The translations under genes and the position numbers were made by a program. This document shows, in pieces, positions 1-14,540 of a stretch of DNA of 64,000 nt (the first letter of the stretch is position 1; each line of letters begins with the position of its first letter). Source of the stretch: Camelus dromedarius (lineage: Eukaryota); assembly GCF_036321535.1 (NCBI RefSeq), contig NC_087436.1, forward strand, positions 37,884,001 to 37,948,000. The letters are read 5' to 3'. The notes under the pieces are model-generated. The model did no database searches. It worked only from the letters and a program-made list of their open reading frames with translations, and had not been told where the DNA came from.

Positions 1-1338
1 AGTTTCAGCATGGAAGGACTGAGAAGCAGAGCGGTCCCCAGCCTGTCTGAAATGTGCTCGATAAACATTATCAGTATCAGTAACTCCATGTTATAAACAG
101 CAGTCTCCCTGTTTCTTTGGTGTACTGGTGCTTGAGTGATTGAGGATTATAGTCTTGATTTCAGGGATCTCTGTAGCTATTTACTGTCCCCCAGGTAACA
201 GTAAAGAACAGGTCTTCTCGGCTCTGCCATTATTTGTGACTTCTCAGAACTTCTTTTCTTTATCTGTACAATGGGAGGTTGCATTAACTAGTTGTAATGG
301 CTTTAAGCTTTAACATTTGACTATTGCCAGGAGTTGGGTTTTCTGTTGTTCATTAAGTAATTTATATTCCTTGAAACATTGTTTTGGTGGTTATTTTCCC
401 CCCAAATAATGTTCGTCAGAAGTTCCCCTGGATATTTTGTTGGGTTTTTTCCCTCCACCTCCTTGTGAAGGGAAGGGCTCTACTGTGGAATGGTCACAGG
501 CAGGTTTGGAGGAGGCTCTCAAAGGCATGAGCGACCCTGTCTCCTCTCTGCGTACATTTCTACAGAACATCTGGCTGCACAAGCCTGGCCCCACTCCCTC
601 TGCCTCTCCAGTCTCTGCTTTGGTTGCCTTAGTTGAGAAAACAGTGTTGCTTACCCATAGGCCCCTCCCTGCAGGGGCCAGCCGCTCCTGGTATGCACCA
701 GCGGTTCTCACCTGGGAACTTGCCCAAATGCAGCTCCCCACATCCCACTCCCAGAGAGTCTGATTTTAATAAGTACAGGACTCCAAATTTGAAACAAGCG
801 CCGCTGGTGGATCTCACGCTGGTGATTCCAAGCACGCACTTTGAGAAACCTCGATTTGTCGTGTGCCCCCTTTGAAAGACTGGCAGGAGAATTTAAACTT
901 TATTTATGAACAGTCTTCCTCTGAGAATGGCAGACCTACTTCTTTCTTGTTCATAATTGGGATGAATTTATGATTTTTATGGAAACCAGGTGATTTTCTG
1001 CCTGGTGGGCTTGTCTCTCAAGTCAGGCAGGACTCAGTGCTTGTCATTTTAACACCATGTGCCAGGGGCTGCAGAGGTTTGAAACATATGATGTTCAGAA
1101 CCTTGTCAGAATTTAAATGTTGAGCAGTTTAACCCTTTTATGTTGGCTCCTGTGTTGGGGATTCAGGCTGTTCAACCGGAAGTTGATTAAGTTGGATTTT
1201 AAATATGTAAATACTTTGTGTTGGGTAAATTAGTTAATGTTTTAAATGTATCTCAATCATTGGGCATGAAGATTTGAAGAAAAAAATTTTTCCAGGGAGT
1301 AATAATAGTTTATTTTAGTAACTTGATTATAATACTAA

Positions 1339-1461
<123 letters not shown>

Positions 1462-2239
1462 TGACTGTTGTTTTAAATATTTAAAATATGTTTAATTGCA
1501 TTTATAAGGCTAAGTTAATAGATATTGATTCCAGTTGACTAGGCATTGAAACGTTCCGATTTTAAGGAATCTGAGTACCTTGAAAGTTTAGCATTTAAAA
1601 AAATACTATTGAAATACCTTACTAGACAATTATTTTAAAACCCTGCAGTTTATATAGTTCATCACTGAAAAGAAGTTTTTCGTGCATGTGGATGTTTGGA
1701 TTTCAAAATAAGCATATTGTCTTTATGGATTTAGAATTTGATTTCTGTAAATGAAATTCCACTTTTCCTTTAACTTTTATTTCCCAGTTGTAATTCTAAT
1801 TGCATAGAGCTCCGTGTTGGAATGAAAATCCCAGCTTAAAATGTACTTTACCTTTAAAAAAATATATTTAAAGAGCTGTGACACCATAGGTAGTCTTTTA
1901 TAATCTAAAAATCTCTCTAATGCAGGAATTTGTATATGCAAATGTGCATCTGTAGAGCATGAGAATTTTCATCCTAGTTTATGCCAACCATTTTCATTAC
2001 TCTTCTTTTCTAACCTTTAAAAGAAGAAAGGGCCTGAGAGATGGAAAAGCAGAGGTACAGATACTGTTGAAACAAGAACTTGCAAAAGAAAACTTGGCCC
2101 CAAGAGTTTTATTTGGTGGTTTATGAGGAGGGTGGTAGTGAGATATGTGTAGGTGGGGCTGAGAGAAGTAGGATTGTAAAATCAGAAAGGGATAAAATAC
2201 TGGAACAGAGAATGACACATAAAATGTTTCTCTGAATAT

Positions 2240-2626
2240 GTACTTTTCAGTTAGGGTCTCCAGAGAAACAGAACCAATGGATGATATATATGCATATGAT
2301 ATATATGTGTGTGTGTATATATGTGTTTCAAGGCATTGGCTCTCATGACTGTGCGGGTGGTGGGTGGGAATCTGTAGGCTGGAAACTCAGAAATAAATGT
2401 TTCAGTCCTGAGGCAGATCTCCTCTGGCAAACCTCAGTTTTTGCAATTAAGGCCTCTTGATTGGATGAGAGCCACACACAGGATTGGCAGTAATCTCCTT
2501 TATTTAAAGTCAACTGATAGTAGATGTTAGCCACATCTACAAAACACCTTCACAGCAAAACCTAGATCAGCATTTGATTAAATACTGGCCTACCATCTGG
2601 CCAAATTGACACATAAAACACATCTT
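2240..2626 (-). mobile_element. ERV-L solo LTR, MLT2-like
   Basis: Termini ttagggtctccagagaaacagaacc ... ccaaattgacacataaaa match the reverse complement of MLT2 ends; internal TA/TG repeat. Confidence 0.8.
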
Positions 2627-5600
2627 AATGTATTACCTGCAAGCGAGATAACATTTTTGAGCATCGTTGTATTGCTGAAACTGCTGGACGTAGGAGTGGG
2701 GTTGCTTAAGAAGAGATTCTTAAAAGATTTCTGCAGTACAGGTGATGGGAAATAGAAATTCATAATACAGTCTTCATTATGATTGAAGTAGAAAATGTCA
2801 TTGATTTGCCTTAATTTAACATGCTGTTTGAATTGTTTACTTTTATAAACCTAAAAGTATTTTTAATGGCTTTCACTATTTTTCTGTAAGGTCTTAATTT
2901 TCTCAGCAGTTAATTTTTTTTTTACTGTGAAGGTTTTCAAAAATGAAACATTTATGTGACAGAAAAAGATAACCTAAATAAGTCATAAATGATAAAAACA
3001 GCAATTATCTAGGTGGTTGTTAATGACTTTTGATATTTGCTCTGTTCTCTCTGAAAATTTTAGTGGTCAGATTACTGTCTTGCCCAGCTGGTTATGATGC
3101 ATTGCTGAGCAGATGATGATTATAATTTTTATTTTGAAAAAAAGACTTGCATCTAGGAAACTTAAGGAGGCTGACAGAGCTGCAGCAGATCATCTCGTTT
3201 TGCACTATGTATTCTCATGGTTCCTTGATGTGCTTACAGTATTATTGTTGCACATTAGCATTCTCAGTCCTCTCGCTTTGCCACCCAAAGAGCTATTGAT
3301 TCTATGCATTCTGTGTTCGGGTACTGTTACAGTCACATGACGATGGACGTTCTTATTTTATCTTACTCCTTATTTTATGCTTGTGTTTTGAATAAGCAGT
3401 ATTTGTACTTTTGACACAATTCAAAGGATACTGATGCAGACTCTCCCTGTCTGTCCTCTTCAAGCCTGCTCTTTTCACCTAAGATTCCTGTAACCCGTTA
3501 GTTCACGCACCTTTCCCCCTACTCTGTCGTTCTTCCATCTCTGAGTCTGGCCCTTCAGGGTGGATGGTCCGCCATTCTCTGCTCTGTCCAGTTGTGCTGC
3601 TCAGCACGGCAGGGGAGAGGCTCCCTCACTGGTGGGTGGCTTGCCGGGGCAGCATTTGAAAAGCGATCAACATTTTTTGAACTGCAAAGGTTTACTGCCT
3701 GCCGCCTTCAGTCCTCTTCCTTATGATGAGAGAGCTGCTTCCCAGCCTTGAGCTACATTATTGAAGTCCATTTTTATTACTTTAGCCTTGGAGGTGCCAG
3801 GATACAGAAGGAGCACAAAGAAAGGAGAGTGACTGGTCCTACCATAGGCCTCCGCTCTGGGGCCCTTCGAGCCCTCTCAGAGGGAGGTAATGAGCCTTCC
3901 CTCCTCTGGTGGGGAAATGAGGACTGGTTATTTAAGTCCTTTCTAAATGCCCCACAGCTCCAGAGCCAGCCACCGGCAGCTCTCAAACGGGTAGCGCTTG
4001 TCCTCAAGCCAGTGGTTACCTATGTGTGGTTATGGAACACGACCCAGGTCCTGTGGTAGTTTCGGGAAAAGGGTGCCCTGTGAGAGAGCACGTGGCACAG
4101 CTCTTTCTCAGTTTGTATTTGCACTTGGCTTGCGGTGCCTGCAGTTCTGATGGACAGGGCCACGAGCCCCTAGGTAGCCCGTTCACACCGGACACCTGGG
4201 AGGTACCAGTTAGGATGGAGCCCGCTGGTGTGCATACGTCCCTGCTAGTTTGGGACAGGGCATAAAGGCATCTGAGGGGTCTGGCGGGGAGCACTGACAT
4301 CGTCTGCTGCCACCTTCCTCTCCCCCCAGAGGTGCAGCACTGACCAGCACCTCGGCCTCTTTCTGTGTTGGCCACCAGGATTGAGATTGGAATCTGAAAA
4401 GACTCATCTTATCTGTCCTTAAGGCTTCTTGATAACCTCAGAGTTTTGCTTTTCTTTTAAAGTTAAGTGCATTAGCAGAAGAATTCTGGATTTCTCAGAC
4501 CTCGGGCCAATTACAGAGCATGAGTTTGGAAACCAGTGCTCGACTGTAAATGCTTCCCGTTGATAATTTGATGGCATGTGCCCAGTTGTTTGTATTGTAT
4601 TCTGTTCCTCCCTTAATCAGAAGTCTTTTTGCCTACTTTTTCCCAGGTGATTTGGAGCCTGAGATATGTTTCTTTCCATGCTCTACCAGCTCAGACTTGC
4701 TCTAAGACCAAAATCCATTCATGTACTGTTGCTAAAACTCTCAAATAATTTTTGTTTTTAGGTCCCCAAATAATATTTTCTTTGGTATTTCAAACCACAG
4801 TTCAGATGCCTCCTCTCCAGGCACTGGCTCTTACTCTAGCACATACTGTTAAGTTTTGTACCTACAGAATGCAACAGAGATTTTATTGCCACCTGCTCAG
4901 CCTGTTATTCAGGCATTCCAGAGTGGCTCTCGATGAATCCGGTGTCTTCTGGAATCCTGCAAACAGCTCTGCTCTGTTGGCCATGCGTCTTGCCTTCTTT
5001 TCCCAAGGCGTCCTCTTGCATTGCCTGCTGCATTGTACTGATATTTCCAGTAGTGTCATTTATTCCTGAACTTTGCATTTATTCTGAGATCATAAAGGTT
5101 TCAACCCTTTCTTTTTTTTTCTCTCCCACTCATGCTGAGTTCATGTCTGCTTCTTAGTCTTTGAACAGTTCAGCTGATGTAGGTGGGTGTTCAGGGGTGT
5201 GATCTGATGTATATTGAACCAGAATATCATGCCACAGTTCAGTAATACTGGTGGTCCTCTATGGACAGTTCTTGCTGTTAGCTGGTTATGAACTCATATG
5301 CAGAATCCCAAAGGACCAGATAACAACTGGAGATTCAAGTGAAATACCCCAATTTTGGCTGGTGTTTTTATAGGAAAAAATATCAGATCTCTTTTACTTG
5401 GGTACAAATTGATTTCTTGCTATTATATCACCTATAAGTTAGTAGAAGAGTATCTCTTTCAATACAAAAGCATTAGGGAAAAAGAAACAAAATGGGGTCT
5501 AAACTTTGCTTTTTAAAAAAGGCCATGCTCTTACCCTTAAGGAGCCTTAAGAAGCTCTGGTCTTGTAAGGGTTCCAGAGGTCACACACTGTGGGGTACAC

Positions 5601-6559
5601 AGAGTGTGATGAGAGCAGTCTGCTTTACCTGTGTGAGACTGATTTAATATTTAACAAGTTTTACCTTTGTTTATTTTTCTAAATCTGTTCCCTTGAAGAT
5701 TGATGAGGAAAACTGCATTTTTTACATCTGAGGTTAGTGGAATTACCAGGGCAGTTAGTCATTACAATTTACTAGATAGCTGCATATTACAAAATGTAGA
5801 ATGTCAGACTATCAGGGTTTTATTTATTTTCGTCAGCAGAAAAGATTTTGTACCTCTGGGTAAATAACATGTTTTCAAAGATGTAGCTACCGAAAATACA
5901 CGATTACAATATTTGCAGGTGTTTTGGTAGGAATCGTTGCTCTCCCGCAGTTAGAGTAAATTATTATTTCAACATTAATGTACATACCAGGTGAGCTGGG
6001 GCCCCTTTTGTAACTGAGTTTAAAAACAGTCCAAATATATATGGATTATTTCTGGAAACTTCCTTCCCAGCCTCCAGTCTCCACTTCACTTACACACTGC
6101 CAATGTGTACTAATTAATAACCCCTCTCTCTCCTTGGTTCTAGCCAAGGAAGAACAGACAGGAGCCAGGTGAAGATTAAAATATCTACCTCATTAACGAG
6201 GTATGTATTATATGAGCATATAAAAACTCCAAGTTCATGGCTCTAGACAAGCCAGATTGGAGAATGTGACTGACACCCAAGGTCAGCATGGGGACTTTAT
6301 ACTCTCCGTCTGGAATCTTGCCCGTTGTACCAGAAGTATACAAAGTGGGCACTTGATACTCTGCTTCTTAAATCTTGGTCTTTGCAGGCAAGAGTTGGGT
6401 CTGCAAGGTAGATTCTGAATATGTTTGTCCATCAACTACATGGAGAATCGTGGCCTGACTCAGTTTGCAGTGTAATCGGAAAGGAGGATACCGGAGAGCA
6501 AGGGAGGCAGGTCTGCAGCCTGTCTGGACAGCACACCTGGGTCTGATGGTAGGTCTGCT

Positions 6560-7190
6560 TCGGGCACGGCAGGGAGCTGGGCGTGAAAAGGAGTGACTGC
6601 CAGGGTCTTAACAATCAGCCGAGGAGAAGGAACCATGAAGGAGGGAAAGCCAGAGTGTATTTATAATTTATCTCTCTCATGGAGGAGAAAGATGAGGAAA
6701 CGTGGGAAGAGGGAAGAAGAGTTCCTCACTGAGAGTGTCTACATGTAGGATGATGGGCCGGGTTAGTCAGAGGTCAGGTCACGAGGTTTATGACAGCACC
6801 AGGAGGAAGACGTGGAAGGGATTTCCTCTGGAGAATGATGGGCTTCTCTTTGTGCCTTGAGAAGAGCGCCGTGTCTGCTGTGCGGAGAACAGGCTGGGGG
6901 CAGCAGGCGCGCCAGGCAGGAGTCTGTGTTGGGGTGGAGGAGTGATTGGATGGTGGCTTGGACGTGGGCCTCAGCAGTGGAGTTGGTGGGAAGCGGTTGG
7001 CTTCTGGTTGTGTCTTATTGGAGGTTAGGAGTAACTAACACGTGTAGGGCTTACTGAGGGATTGTGTGTAGAAAACAATCCAGAATGACTTTTTAGTGTT
7101 TGGCCTGTGCCGTATGGGGGAAAGGTGGTGAGATTTCTGAGGTTGGACTTGGAGGGTGAGAGTGAAGGGCGGGGAGGATGGGTGGTCTCC
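6560..7190 (-). mobile_element. L2 internal fragment
   Basis: Purine-rich degenerate antisense L2 motifs (gatggtggcttggac, cagaatgactttttagtgtttggcctg, gttggacttg); a short + strand L2 tail follows at about 7190-7280. Confidence 0.5.
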
Positions 7191-8149
7191 ATTGTGAACT
7201 TTTGAAGACAGGGCATTGTCTTATTAATCTTTGCTCCTCAGGGCTTAGCACAGTATCTAGAACAGAAATATAATTGGATAAAAGTTTGATTCATTTTGTA
7301 GTCAACATTTAATATATCATTCATGTTCAGTAAACATATTGTATGAGTGTGTAAGTTATTTTTACCACTAGCATTCTTAGAAAATACATAGTTACAGGTT
7401 AAAAAACAAGAAACAACTTATTTTACTACGTTGGGTTTGCCTACTTTGCAGACATTTTCCTTTTCTTTTGTCATGAGGATGGTGATCTCAGTGAAATAAG
7501 GGTTTTAAAGAAGCTGATTGGTAGGATATTAAACTGGACATTTTATTTAGATGTTTTTCTCTTTCTCTGCAGTTACTCTGTGATTACAGCTGTTCTGCTG
7601 TTTGGGAAGTTGATTTAGCACCAGGTTTCCAATGTGTTTTAGTTTTTGGAAAAAAAAATGTTTCCAATTGTTTAAAATCCTTTATTTTTCTTTATTGTTT
7701 ATGGAAGTCCTTTTAGGTGTTTGGAACAAAGAAGTCTCGTAACCAAATGTTTTTCTTTTGCAGATGATAACATTTTGTTTTAGGTTCCAAATGAAACCAC
7801 TTAGTGTAAACATTAGTGGAAAAATACCACCTAAAATAAATGTCGTAGTGCATTCCTCCTGACGCTGGCCCTCTAGTTTAGGATAAGCAGGGTGATTCAA
7901 TGTTATATGTCTTCTGGAAGTTCTGCATTTGTTTTGTGGTTGTCGATTGTCTGCTTGTCACAGGGTGGCTCCTATCTGAGTATGTCAGCCAACTTCTGGC
8001 CATTCAGCCAAACGTGAGGTATGATTAGAAGAATGTTGGGAATCCAGGCTGAGTAGTTTGGTTGAAAAGAGGAACAAAAATACAGTATTTGTATTGTTGG
8101 AGTACTTACATCATCGTGATTTTGATCACAACTTACAGCACCGTAGGAT

Positions 8150-8600
8150 TTTTATAAAATAGATGCATTTGGCTGCAAACAGCAGCAACTCCTACTCATT
8201 TAAATAAGGAGGACATTACATTAAATAAGAGGAATTTTAGTGATCTAACAGGCTTTAGGGATGGTTGGTTAATTAGCTCACTGGTGTCACCGAAGCTCTT
8301 TGCACCACTTGGCTTTGCTGATCTTGGTAGGGGCTTAATCCTCAAGCTGGTGGCAGGCACCTGGCATGTTTCAAACGAGATGGTGTCTGTAAGGAGAAAG
8401 GACACCTTTTCAAGAACCGCCTTCCTGTAGTACATCTCCCCTTAGGTGTCACATATTCATTCCTGAACTGGCAAAAGGAATGGGATTGCTCTTCTCCAGT
8501 CAGAAACAACCTGGAGCTGGGGTAGACTTCCTAGGGAAGGGTGGGCGCTGGAACAAGTTTAGCCTTCTCTGGGGATGGAGGATGGGCAGGGTGTGTATTC
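8150..8600 (-). mobile_element. Old MaLR LTR, MLT1-like
   Basis: gcatttggctgcaaacagc start and degenerate MLT1 body. Confidence 0.5.
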
Positions 8601-9239
8601 AGAGGCAGTGTCCCCCATGAGAATGACCACACTGGTTATTTGTTCATTCAGCAGCTGCATCCTGAATGCTTACTCTGTCCCAGATGATGTATTAGGTGCT
8701 GGGTTTACCTAGAAAGATACAAAAAGTGCCTGGAAGAAAAGGTAAATCTTAATATCTGGTGAAGAGTCCAGTATTTGTGTCTTTCATTATTTCCATGTTC
8801 TCCAAATGATTTGATTGGGGAACATAGAAAGCACACTTAGTGAAAGTCTTTTTGGTTATTAGAACTCTTAACAGTGCTTCTATAGGTTGGGCAAGTATTT
8901 CAAGTAGGGGGAAGTGTAAATAAAGGGAGATGCATGTGTTAACCAAGTTATTATGCTCTCGAAACTCTTTTCATTACACAAGTCTCATATGACTACATGA
9001 TGGGGAAAAGTAGAGCAAAATACGTGAACTTAATTATCTTTTTTGTGTATATCCACTTTTACAGATCGTTCTGTGTGCGTCTCCGTGCATATTTAAGACC
9101 AACAGGAATTGTATGAGTTTTTATGTCTATCTTAACATAAGAAACAGTGATATTGCATATCTGATATGTGGTCACTGATATCCTTGTCTTTGCACTAATA
9201 ATTTGTGCATAAATGTGGGAGGCATTTGTGAATTATTCT

Positions 9240-10065
9240 TATAGCAGCCTTATTGAGAAATAATTTATATACCATGAAACTCATCATTTAATACATATCA
9301 GTAGTTTTCAGTTATGTTCAAAGAATGTGAAGTCAGCACCACTGTCTAATTTAGAATATTTTCAGCACCCCCTAGAGAAACCCTGTACCTTTTAGCAGTT
9401 GGTTTTGAATGTTCTTTGTACCCATTGATATCTTGTGTAAAATCAGATTTTAAAGGATTTTCTCTCCTGGTAATGAGAACCCTAGGACTTTACTGCCCTG
9501 ACTTCCCAATGTGTCATACAGCATTGTTAGCTGAGGCCATCATTTTGTACATTACGTCCCTAGTCCTTGTTTATCTTATAACTGGAAGTTTGTACCTTTT
9601 GACCACCTTCCTCCAATTCCCCCTCCTGCCCATTTTGTTTTCTTATTGTTGAGTTTTAAGAATTCTTTTTATCTTTTAGATACAAGCAAAGATTTTTCTC
9701 CCAGTGTATGTGGTTTGCCTCTCATTCTCTTTGTATTATCTTTCGTTGAGCAGAAATTTAAATTTTAATGAAGGCTAAATTGTCAATTTTTCCTTTTATG
9801 AATCGGTGCTTTGGATATTGTATCTGAAAAAACCATCCCCAAATCTAAGGTCTATTTAGGTTTTATTCTATGTTATATTCTAGGAGTTTTATAGTCTTGC
9901 ATTTTACGTTTAGGTCTGTAATTCATTTGGAGAAGCTAATTTTTGGAAGTTTGAAAGCCTATGTGTGGTTTAGTTTTTGTACATATATGTCCAGTTGTTC
10001 CAGCACCATTTGTTGAACAGACTGTCTTTTCTACATTGAATTTCTTTGGCTCCTTTGTTAATCAG
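9240..10065 (-). mobile_element. Old L1M fragments with a younger L1 3'-UTR piece nested at about 9430-9626
   Basis: Recognisable L1 antisense motifs (ccagttgttccagcaccatttgttgaa; ttataactggaagtttgtaccttttgacc); cccatt on both sides of the nested piece. Confidence 0.75.
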
Positions 10066-11411
10066 TGTTTTTTTTAAATGAAAGTTCTTGCAGATTGCTT
10101 TTTAATCAAGAGATGACTTCAATGAGTTTGTTTCTTAGGGAATTATCAGTATAGTAAAGGACAGAAATGAAAGTCTACAGAAGTTAGCAGCTCAAAAATT
10201 TCATTATTCTCTCTGGAATTCTTTGTTACCATATGAACACATAACATTTATTTATTAGGGATTTAAAATGTAATTGGGTGACTTAATCGCTGTCCAATCT
10301 GAGAACGAGGTGGTCAGCTTTTTTTTTTTGTTAATAATCAAAAACTAATTCCTTACTTTATTCTTCTTTTGTCTTTGTCCCGTGGCCAGAGATTTTTACA
10401 TACCACATTTTATAATTTCCTGGGTAGTAAGCATGAAGTTGGTCTAAAGATAAGGTCGTTTTAATTGAAATCATTCTTCAAACAGCCTGCAGGTAAAAAT
10501 TGGTACTAGGAGTGGAAAAGCAACTGAGTTGGTAAATTAGAAAGTTATCCCAGGAACGGAACGTGGTTTTCACAGCAGCTGGCCACGTAGATGATCGCTG
10601 GGCTGGGCGAGCGTTTCCTTGCTTATTTCACCGTCAACTCCAGCCTGAATGATGTGGTACACGATAGTGGCCGTGGTCAGAAGGAGGGCGACTGAGAAGG
10701 AGAATGCTTGCTACTTGTAAAGGTCACTTGTGTTTCAAGAACAAAGTCTTCTATTTATTTGGTGACATGAAAACAAAGCTGAGCTTGCCTCATGTTCTCT
10801 TACTTGTTAAGCTTATCATTCTGAACTCTATCTTGTTGAATTTACCTTGTCTCAAAGTTAGCACTAGAGTCATTTTCAGCAAGCTACTCTTTATCCTTCT
10901 CATGGAAAAAAATTTTTTTTCCATTTATAATACATTATATGTGGTATTTCTGAGATGAGGTTTCTCTGGAGAGGTCTCGATGACACAACTATTTTGAGTT
11001 CTGCAGGAGAATGTCCTATAAGAGTTTGCTTTGTTTTGTTTTTAAGGATTCCTCTGAATTTGACTACTCCCACATGGCACTGTAAGTTTTCTGTTAGTAT
11101 TTTACTAAAGTTACATAAAGCAGAGTGCTAGGCTCCTAGTTGCTGTAGCAATGGAGAATGAAGGTGGTTTTTATTTACCTAAAACTTTGCATGCTTTCTT
11201 TCATGTCCTGGGGATTCCAGACTTGTAGTAAATAGAATCCTTGGATTTTTCATCAAGTGCCTCAACAAGAAATAAAACTTATAAAAATTAATCTTATCCT
11301 AGAATATACATCAGACCTGGAATTTGTTTCATGGTCTTAAGTGTTTTCAACTCTTTTACTCTGTCAGGTCTGTATGTTTTTGATCTTGTTTCTCTTTAGC
11401 TGTTGGGCTCT

Positions 11412-11930
11412 ACAGTCAGTTCTGCTATAAGGTGACAGGATTGTTCTTAAAAGTCAGTATGCTATGCAGTATTGTTCAATACGAACCATAAGGCTTCTGG
11501 GAAAAATAGGGTTAGGGACACAAAATACAGAAACTTTGTCTCTGACACATAAAATAAAAGACAGGAATCTAATAAAAATGGTAGCACAGTTTTACACGTG
11601 TAAAGTGGTGAAGAAATACGTAAGTAACTGGATGAATATGTTGGTTAACCTTTACAGAGACCTGAAATTTGCTTGTGGATGTATATGCCAGAAGGTTTGC
11701 ACCTTGGGGGTTCTTATGAAGTGGTGGAAGTGGGGCGGTTGTTTGAAAATGAATGGAAGGTTGTAACATCTGAAGTGGATGGGTATGTCTCATAGCATAT
11801 CTGGTGAACGGGGGCAGGTGGTAGCTATTTGAGGTGGAAGTGTTTTGTGTATTTCTGTGTGGCTCAGTTCAAATGAGTGCAGCTTTCTTTATTCATCTAG
11901 TGTTTCTGGGAGACAAAATTGTGAACAAGT
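11412..11930. mobile_element. Old Tigger-like DNA transposon fragment
   Basis: TA-cagtcagttctgctataa terminus and gggaaaaatagggttaggg motif; right end cut by an L1. Confidence 0.5.
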
Positions 11931-11934
11931 AAAT

Positions 11935-12822
11935 GAGATTCTTTTCTTACTTTGTCTTTCTGATAGTCTGTTGTTAACTGTATAAAAACACAACAGATCT
12001 TTGTGTATTGATTTTATGCCCTGCAACTCTACTGAATTTATTTATTCTAACAGTTTTTTGGTGGAGTCTTTAGGACTTTCTATATGTAAAGTCCTGTCAT
12101 CCACAAATATTGACAGTTTTATTTTTTCCTTTCAAATTTGGATGCCTTTTTAAACTGTCTGATTGCTGTAGCTCACACTTTCAATGCTGTGTTGAATAAA
12201 AGCAGCAAGAGTGAGCATCCTTGTCTTGTCGCTGACCTTGAAGAAAAAGCTCTTAGCGTTTTGTCTTTGTGCATGACGTTAGCTGTCGGCTTGTCATATG
12301 TGAGCTGTATTGTGTTGTGGTACGTTTCATCTACACCCACTTTGTTGAGAGTTTTTTAAATCATAAATGGTGTTAAGTTTTGCCAAATGCTTTTTCTGCA
12401 TTTATTGAGATAATCATCTGATTTTTAACTTTCATTTTGTTAATGTAGTGTCACATTGACTGCTTTGTGGATGTTGGACCATCCCTGCATCCCTGGGATA
12501 AATCCCACTTGATCATGGTATATAGTCATTTTAATGAACTGTTGAATTTGGTTTGCTAATATTTTGTTGAGGATTTTTGCATCTATATTCATCTATGATA
12601 TTGGCCAGAGATTTTCTTTTCTTGTAGCATCCTTGTTTGGTTTTGGCATCAGTGTAATGCTGGTTTCATAAAATGAGATGGGAAGAGTTCCTTCCCTTTT
12701 ACTTTCTGGTAAGAATTTGAGAAGGATTGGTACTCTTTGAATGTTTGATAGAATTCACCAGTGAAGGTGTCTGATCCTGTTTTCTGTTTTTTTGATAGTA
12801 GCCACCCTCATGGGTGTGAAGG
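11935..12822 (-). mobile_element. Old L1 ORF2 (RT-region) fragment
   Basis: Antisense L1 motifs gagcatccttgtcttgt, gcatccctgggataaatcccacttgatcatggt and tagaattcaccagtgaag. Confidence 0.88.
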
Positions 12823-12859
12823 ATAGATAATATTTTAAGATATGTAGTCAGGATTCAAA

Positions 12860-13555
12860 AGCTGTTAGTAACTAGAGTGATGGACCTAATGCTTATATGA
12901 TGAAATTAAACACGGATAAATGTAAAGTCAGTTTTCAGAATTCAAGATACCGGACTTGATATTGACTCCTATGCAAGTATCTGAAGGGTTTACTTGCTTT
13001 ATGTGGACATTTTGGTTAGCAGTATCTCTTGGTGGCTAGATGGAAAACACAGACTGCAAAATAAAGAAGTAAATGTTGTGCTGGTGGGAAAGAAGAGTGC
13101 CGTTATAGTGCATACTGGTCAGCCCACAGCAGTAAGGGCATGTCAATTTCTGGGTGTTAGCTGTGGATCTGGAAATTGGTAAACATCTGACATTCAACAG
13201 AGAGCAGCCAAACACAGAAAGGGTTTGGAAACTGTGACCTGTCAATCAGTCCCTTGAGGGAACTGGGATTCTTAATCCGAAGAAGAGCAGGAGCAGAGTC
13301 AGATGGTTGTCATCACATGATTTAAAGTGTTGTTATGTGGAAGACGGTGAAGGCTTAGCTTTCCTGTTTGAGGACAGAACTAAAAAAAGAAAAAAACCTT
13401 TATGTGGAAGTAAAGAGAATCATGTTTCTAATCAACATGAGGAAAACCTTTCTGGCACCAGGAGGGTAGAGAGTTCCTGTTATAGGAAGTGCTTGAGTTA
13501 AGCTGGATGAAGGTCAGAGTTTTGCTGTAAAGGATATTCCTCTACTAGACGGAAA
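12860..13555 (+). mobile_element. CR1/L3 LINE remnant
   Basis: agagagcagcca...gggtttggaaactgtg...gagggaactgggat...gaagaagag...tgttatgtggaaga resembles the L3 3' region. Confidence 0.6.
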
Positions 13556-14357
13556 CTTGGCTATGAAAAACTGTTCTGTACCTCCTTTTTTGTGCAGGAG
13601 AGTGTAAGAAGCTAGACAAAAAACAATTCCATACACAAAAGCCTCAAACTAGTAGGTGTCTAGTTTTGCCTGCCCCAGGTCAACCCTACCTAGACTGAGC
13701 AAATAAATCTCCCCGTAAGAAGAGTCTGGAACTCTATGGTGTCCTGACTGCTGAGCATCCATTCACTCAGGGGAGAGGAAGAGTTACACTCTTTTTCCAG
13801 AGTGCTACCACGTGTCATACGGAGCCCAAGACCTGACCCACTGCTGACCTCTCTACCCTGGTTCTCAATCATTTCCTGGTTCACACCCAACTCTTCAGTT
13901 TCACATTTCGTTCACTCCCATGTGTGCCTTTGTTTTGCCAGCCCCTTTACCTTCTCACCTATACCCACCCCGGTACCTGCCAGGCTGACGTGGGGGCTTC
14001 TCCTCACTGCTCTCATTAGGTCACTGTCCCAGCATTTACTGTGCATCCGGGTGTCTGTCCCTGCTCGCTAGGCTGTGAGCTCTTTCACAGGGATTAAATG
14101 TTGTTTATCTTTGATTTCTTGGTGCAAACAAAACATGTTTTTCGAATGAGATGAAAAGGGATGGAGTCATTATCTGTGTGCCCCAGTGCCTCGTGTGCAG
14201 TGCTTGACACATTGTACTTGCTTATGACTTTTTGAATAATAGAAGACTTGAATATATGTATTTGCTTAGTTTAGGTCATAACACCTTCGTATAGTTCTAG
14301 AAACTTTAATCTGGTTGGGACGTGCAGGCTGGATCTCAGAGTGGGAGCCTTGCAGGC

Positions 14358-14540
14358 GCCTCTCCTCCATCCTTTCTCCTACTCCCCACCCCCCAGCCCC
14401 CGCTGGTCCTCCTCCCTCTTCTTCCCTGCCTCTTCCTCCTCTCTGATGCTTCCTCCCTCGGCCTCCTCTCTCCCTTCTCCTCTTTTCCTCTTCTTCTTTC
14501 TCTTCTTTCTTCTTCTTTCTACCACTCTCCCTTCCCTTTT
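14358..14540. repeat. CT-rich low-complexity polypyrimidine tract
   Basis: Almost entirely C/T, with TCC, TCT and TTC units. Confidence 0.9.

Noticed and set aside
391..875. Cluster of 68-116 aa ORFs in intron 1
   Set aside because: No recognisable domain; these look like chance ORFs in a locally GC-richer region.
3560..4407. Dense overlapping ORFs on both strands
   Set aside because: GC-richer, stop-poor intron sequence with no recognisable homology or exon structure.
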